DNA from: Paraspadella gotoi
Lineage: Eukaryota > Animalia > Chaetognatha
Direction of reading: 5' to 3'
NCBI GenBank assembly: GCA_051294375.1
Contig: CM119271.1
Location: 4,783,579-4,847,578, forward strand
Length of the DNA: 64,000 bases
In this document: positions 59,363-64,000 of the stretch, piece after piece
Position numbering within the stretch: the first letter of the stretch is position 1
How the letters are laid out: every line of letters starts with the position of its first letter
Notes under the pieces: generated by a model
Seen by the model: the letters and a program-made list of their open reading frames with translations, nothing else
Told to the model about the DNA's origin: nothing
Databases searched by the model: none
Position numbers and translations under genes: made by a program

Positions 59363-61845
59363 TTTTCTAAGATTCCAGTTCTCTAATGTCAAAGGTTGTT
59401 TGGATTAAGATATTAAAACCTAGTTATTAGGACATGAAGAATCGGGAATCAAAACTTTATGAAATAGTATTATTTAAAACCAATATACAGCTCAATAAAT
59501 TTTAAGTCGTTTTTTACTTTTCTCACAAATTTTAGGCGTCAAAAGTTTATATATTTTAAGTGATGCAGTGGTCGGTCTCTTCTCTTCAGCCATAGAAGAA
59601 TGCAAACTACTTAATTGTAAAAACCCCGGAAGTGGCCCAACATAGCTGTTGTACGGAAATGTAGAGTTTTATCTGGAACTAGTAGAAGCTTGACAATTTT
59701 AACCTAATATACTTTATATAACCAACTTAAAGACTAAAACTATATCTTTTTAAGCGTATGCCACATCATTGATCTTTTGTTCCAGAATTCTTCATCGGGA
59801 ATTCGTCGCATTTAAACTTAATCGTCAAAGATTCGCATAACGTAAGGAATTATTACAAGGGCGAGCAGTAAAAGAAAGCAATACAAGGCATATGGCTAGG
59901 CATTAGACCAAAAATCGCAGTAATTGATTGATCAAAATGACAGGTTAACCCCGCTCGGAGAAGAAGGACGGGGACCGCGGACATATTGCGCATAGATGTC
60001 GCCCTACGACGCGCAGCGCCACTCGGGAGGAAGAATGCTTTTGGTTGGAGGATCAGTTATCGGGATAATAGCGCACGATGAATGAGAGGGAAGGGTGAGA
60101 CAGAGAGAGAGAGAGACGGAGTCGGGAAAGAATTTTAAAAAATCGATTTCCTCACGAAGAAGAAGATCAAAACCGAGACTTTGTTACGCGGATTTTAATG
60201 ACTGGGTCCCTGCGTTGGCTCAAAATTTATAAAGTAATAGGATCCTTTATTCTCTTTCTCTGTTAACTTCCTCTCTAATTTTCTCTCATTGAGGGATCGG
60301 ACCAATGGGAAGACAGGCGGACACGTCGAGTCCGAGATCCGCTATCAAAATCCACAAGAGAAGCAGTAGGTTTTTTCTTTTTTTTTCCTTCTTTTTCTAG
60401 CAGGTGCCCTTTAGCTCGTTTAGGCTTTACTGGTCTCTGGAGAGGAAGGAGGCACAGATTCGAAATCGGAATGAGTGTTTGAAAGAGAGTGAGAGAGACA
60501 GAGAGCCAGGAATAGTCTGGAAATTCGCTCCAGCGAGTCTTTGTTTAACGAAATAAAGATGACAGTCCAAACTCGAAAACCTTTCAAGTATATTGCGAAC
60601 AGGCGTTAGTGTATATTCATTAACTAAATGATTTAAAGAGCAAAGATTTATTTTTGGCTGCCGCCCAATTGAAAAAAATGAAGACGAGATAGATCATTCA
60701 GAGTTTATTGCAAAAACAAAAACTTTATTAACCGTGCAAGGATAACATATACTAAAAAGTAAACTTTTTAGACTTTAATAAAGTAAACTTTGTTTGTTTC
60801 TCTGTTGGGGGCAATCGCGACGAATATTACCGGTTCTTAGGACGATTCCACCAGCCCCTACAAATACAAATAAAGGAAAAAATTAGTAAGCTGTAAAGCG
60901 TAAATTTGAAAATACTTAGGGAAAACGAGTCACAAATTTCTTCAAACTACTTGTTGCAACTTACATAACTGACCTTAATTAAAAACTGGCCTGTGATTTA
61001 TGTCCAAGTCATCTTGTGCTGCACCGCCGACCCGCACCAATCACGTCTCTGAGAAAAAAATAAGACATTGTGGATAACAACTAGATGCATTAGATGCAAT
61101 TAGATGCATATTAAGATTATTATATAATTTGGTTTCTTGCCATTTTTGTAGTCCGGTTCCATTCCGCTATTTAGCTTTTTTCCGCACAGCAGGTTCAAAC
61201 AGTGCAATCTCTAAGTTGTTCTCCATTACTGGCCGGAAATTCTACAAAAGAAGATAGGCTACATTATTACATAATTTTGTCGTGCCACCAATTTTGTAGG
61301 AAAATCCTACGTGTGATGATGATTATTCTGACCTGAGATGCGAGAAGATCTTTGATAAACGTCGATGATTTGGTAGTCATGGAAACGAAAATATTCGTTT
61401 AAAGAAGATCAACTAATTTGGAGGATGATTCGGAACTCGGTTTTTGTCGATAACGAAGGTAAAGTTGGAGATACAGCAGAACATCGAATGGCGATAAGGC
61501 AGCTGCGCCATTGTAAATTTAATTTATGACGATTTAAAGGTTTTTCTTGTTGTTTGGACAATGACAAGACGAACTCATGTCGATTATGGTTTTATGAAAT
61601 TGGTACAACCAATATAAAAATTATCCATTCATTTAATACATAAGCTATCTTGCCCCTGACTTATTGAATTTAATAGTAAATTTTAATTCGAAGCTTAAAA
61701 TCATGACCAATACTTTTAGTTTGTTTTTTTTTTTAGAAAATAAATTATGTGCTATGTAGTTAAATAATTTTAAAAGGTCAACAAGTATTTTTCGATTAAA
61801 AGTAAGCAACTCAGATCACATAAGAGTTCTCGAATACAGTCACAG

Positions 61846-64000
61846 TCAGCTGCTTTCGATCCGCATCCTGTTAGCTTTGGCCGCCGACTTTCCCGCGGCC
61901 TTGGAGGCGTGAAGATGCGGGGCGGAGAGTTTGACTTTGCCGGGGATGTTGCGGGAGAGGTCGACGTCCTTGACAGCCTTCATGAGATCTTTCTCTATTG
62001 AAGTGCAAGTCCGATCGTGAAAGAACAGATTGAGCGCCGTCTTGGCAGCCTTTCCTTTTTTATTCATCCCCGGAGTTAGTTTGACCTTGTACTTGTAATT
62101 ATTCATTACTGAGTATGGCGCGCAGACGGGGACCACGTAGAGCAGCGTATCTTCCGTCGAGGGACTTCCGGTGAGAGCGTTAATCAGAGCGAGGTCGTCG
62201 TTGCCTAGGCCGAGGCCGAGGTCTTCCGAGTCGAGATCTTCCCCCTTGATCTCGCCCCATGCCTCCACGACTCGACTCTCCATATCCCCAGCGACGGTGG
62301 CCCCGATGACCTGGCCCTCGCCGATCTTAACGGGTTCGCGGTTAGTGAACCTTTCCCTTTGCTCTTTCCGCCTTTGCTCCAACGCGGCCAATTTGATGAC
62401 CTTTTCCTTCTCTCTCATATCCTTTGCCTTTTTGCCCTTGAGTTTCTTGCCTTCGTCATCGCCTCCAGCCCGAAGGAGGGCGATAGCTCTCTCCTTGTCC
62501 TCCTCGTCTTGGTCCTTGTACTTTTCCTTTATCTTCTTCATCTTCGCCCGTTTTCCTCGTTTCATCGGTTCCGGCTGAGACGAAGGCGGTCGTTGTTCCT
62601 CCTCCGATTCGTTGTTTTTATCGTCGAGAGTTTTGTCAATCGGTCGCTCGATCGGATCCAAGCTTTCCTCATTCTCCGCCGCCTCTGAAGCCTTTTTCTG
62701 CTTCTTCTTCAACTCGCGCCTCTGTTTGGCAGAAAGTTTGGGTTTGGCGCCCGCGTCGTCCCTCGAGGCTCTCGGTCCCAGAACCAAAGGCGCCACGTGA
62801 TCTCCAAGCGTCACAATTTTCGTTCCGTCGGGTTCCTCCGTCACGTAAGAATCTTCAGTCGTCAAGTGGCCCGGGGATTCGGACATAGAAAGACTTTGAA
62901 GACCTTTAAAGGCTTGGAGCTTTACCCTATTGGATGCGTCAACTTGCATTCTGATTTCCGTGTCGGGAAAACCGACCGAGTCTTTTTCTATTTTCATCTC
63001 CTTAGATTTATCTTCAGCAGCATCTTCCCGAGGATCCTCGTCAGCGGAGGACGAAGCTCTCATTTTTATTTCACGTTCCTCCGCCTTCTTCACCTCATCG
63101 ATGTCATCTTCTTCCTCTCCTTCCGCCTCTCCCGCGTTCTCCCCTTCATCTTCGGCACTGTCATTCGCCTCGGCTTCAACCTCTTCTTCTTCATATTCGT
63201 TCAACTCATTTGCATCTTCCCTCCCCTCCTCTTCGGCAGTCTTCACCCTCCGTTCTCCTTCATGATGTTTCACGGAATCGTCGTCTAAGCGAAACATGAA
63301 ACCGAAACCCATGACTAGATAACAAGGAGGCAAGTAGTTCTTTTTCCCGCGTATCATGAATGAACCCGTCGTCAGATATTCGCCGGTCGGCGCGGTTTTG
63401 GACACCTGATGATGATGCACCCACCAGGCACTGGTTACTATCTTGGCGTCCCACGCCTGGGAGTGGCAGACCGCCATAGTCCCCGCTTCGCTCAGCGTCT
63501 TCGGAGGAATGGGACTTTGGTCCGGAGCCAAGGGGATCTCGGCTCCCGGACGATTCTTGACCACGACGGTCGAGGCACCGTGCAAATCCGCGTGGACGTA
63601 AACGTCTCCAGGTCTGAGGTATTTTTTGACGAGCAGTTCGTTTTGCTGAGCGTCTCGCCCGGCGATGACGACGTAGTTTTCCGAGGAGATAAACCATAAA
63701 AACTTTTCAAACCAGTGGGTGTGTCGGGTTTTGTTAATGGCCACGGCGGTTTGAACTTCTCTAAGTACTTGTTTCGTCTTCTTTTCAGCGTTCTTCAAGG
63801 CCTTGGTGCTTGAGTCGATAGTCTTTCCCTCCTTTTCCGACGCCTGGCGCCGGTGGTCAAAGTACTTTCTCGCGTTAGCGTGGGCGGACAATTCGAGATC
63901 GATGTCGACCCGAGTTGCGGATTTAGGATGGAAGTCTCCTTCGTAGGGATCGCTCAGCAAGAGAGTGAACGAGTCCGTCTCCAACTTAAGTCCTTTAATT
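61846..64000 (-). CDS. NEMF: Ribosome quality control subunit NEMF/Rqc2 (5'-truncated by the window edge)
   Basis: LSAHANARKYF, HWFEKFLWFISSENY, GRDAQQNE, YVHADLHGA, VSKTAPTGEYLTTGSFMIRGKKN, PVCAPY...YKYKVKLTPG. The frame is open to the window end. Confidence 0.96.
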   Translation of the reverse strand, partial: IKGLKLETDSFTLLLSDPYEGDFHPKSATRVDIDLELSAHANARKYFDHRRQASEKEGKTIDSSTKALKNAEKKTKQVLREVQTAVAINKTRHTHWFEKFLWFISSENYVVIAGRDAQQNELLVKKYLRPGDVYVHADLHGASTVVVKNRPGAEIPLAPDQSPIPPKTLSEAGTMAVCHSQAWDAKIVTSAWWVHHHQVSKTAPTGEYLTTGSFMIRGKKNYLPPCYLVMGFGFMFRLDDDSVKHHEGERRVKTAEEEGREDANELNEYEEEEVEAEANDSAEDEGENAGEAEGEEEDDIDEVKKAEEREIKMRASSSADEDPREDAAEDKSKEMKIEKDSVGFPDTEIRMQVDASNRVKLQAFKGLQSLSMSESPGHLTTEDSYVTEEPDGTKIVTLGDHVAPLVLGPRASRDDAGAKPKLSAKQRRELKKKQKKASEAAENEESLDPIERPIDKTLDDKNNESEEEQRPPSSQPEPMKRGKRAKMKKIKEKYKDQDEEDKERAIALLRAGGDDEGKKLKGKKAKDMREKEKVIKLAALEQRRKEQRERFTNREPVKIGEGQVIGATVAGDMESRVVEAWGEIKGEDLDSEDLGLGLGNDDLALINALTGSPSTEDTLLYVVPVCAPYSVMNNYKYKVKLTPGMNKKGKAAKTALNLFFHDRTCTSIEKDLMKAVKDVDLSRNIPGKVKLSAPHLHASKAAGKSAAKANRMRIESS

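Noticed and set aside
61311-61333. Box C (GTGATGA) and box D (CTGA) pair on the plus strand
   Set aside because: The boxes are only about 10 nt apart, too short for a snoRNA, and lie antisense to local transcription.

Overview
Compact, intron-poor metazoan genomic DNA with GC-rich exons and AT-rich introns and spacers. All 19 host protein-coding genes I can assemble lie on the minus strand. In transcription order they are NEMF (partial), a two-domain pacifastin, BRPF1, an MS4A/CD20-like gene, NUDT19, AP3B, AGL, a 473-aa orphan, NOC2L, CIAO2A, RPS8, UQCRC2, GPS1/CSN1, TARBP1, an intronless ChaN-like/ArsM-like fusion, FUT10/11, DHFR, MRPL16 and GGCT. Many stop-to-start spacers are only 34-281 nt and show a poly(A)-like signal, a U-rich tract and an unpaired 3' splice acceptor before the next ATG. 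This is the layout of SL-trans-spliced operons, although transcription itself cannot be seen here. Mobile DNA includes a decayed DIRS fragment, Helentron/DINE-1-like elements, a 759-bp TA-flanked MITE, and a 4.3-kb gag-only LTR retroelement. That retroelement has TG...GA ends, a TAAT target-site duplication and an apparent bipartite tRNA-Gly primer-binding site. The best novelty candidates are the strand-uniform operon array, the bacterial-like fusion gene inside it, and the tRNA-Gly 5'-half complement inside the LTR. Exon boundaries were read by eye and gene names come from recognised motifs, not database searches.
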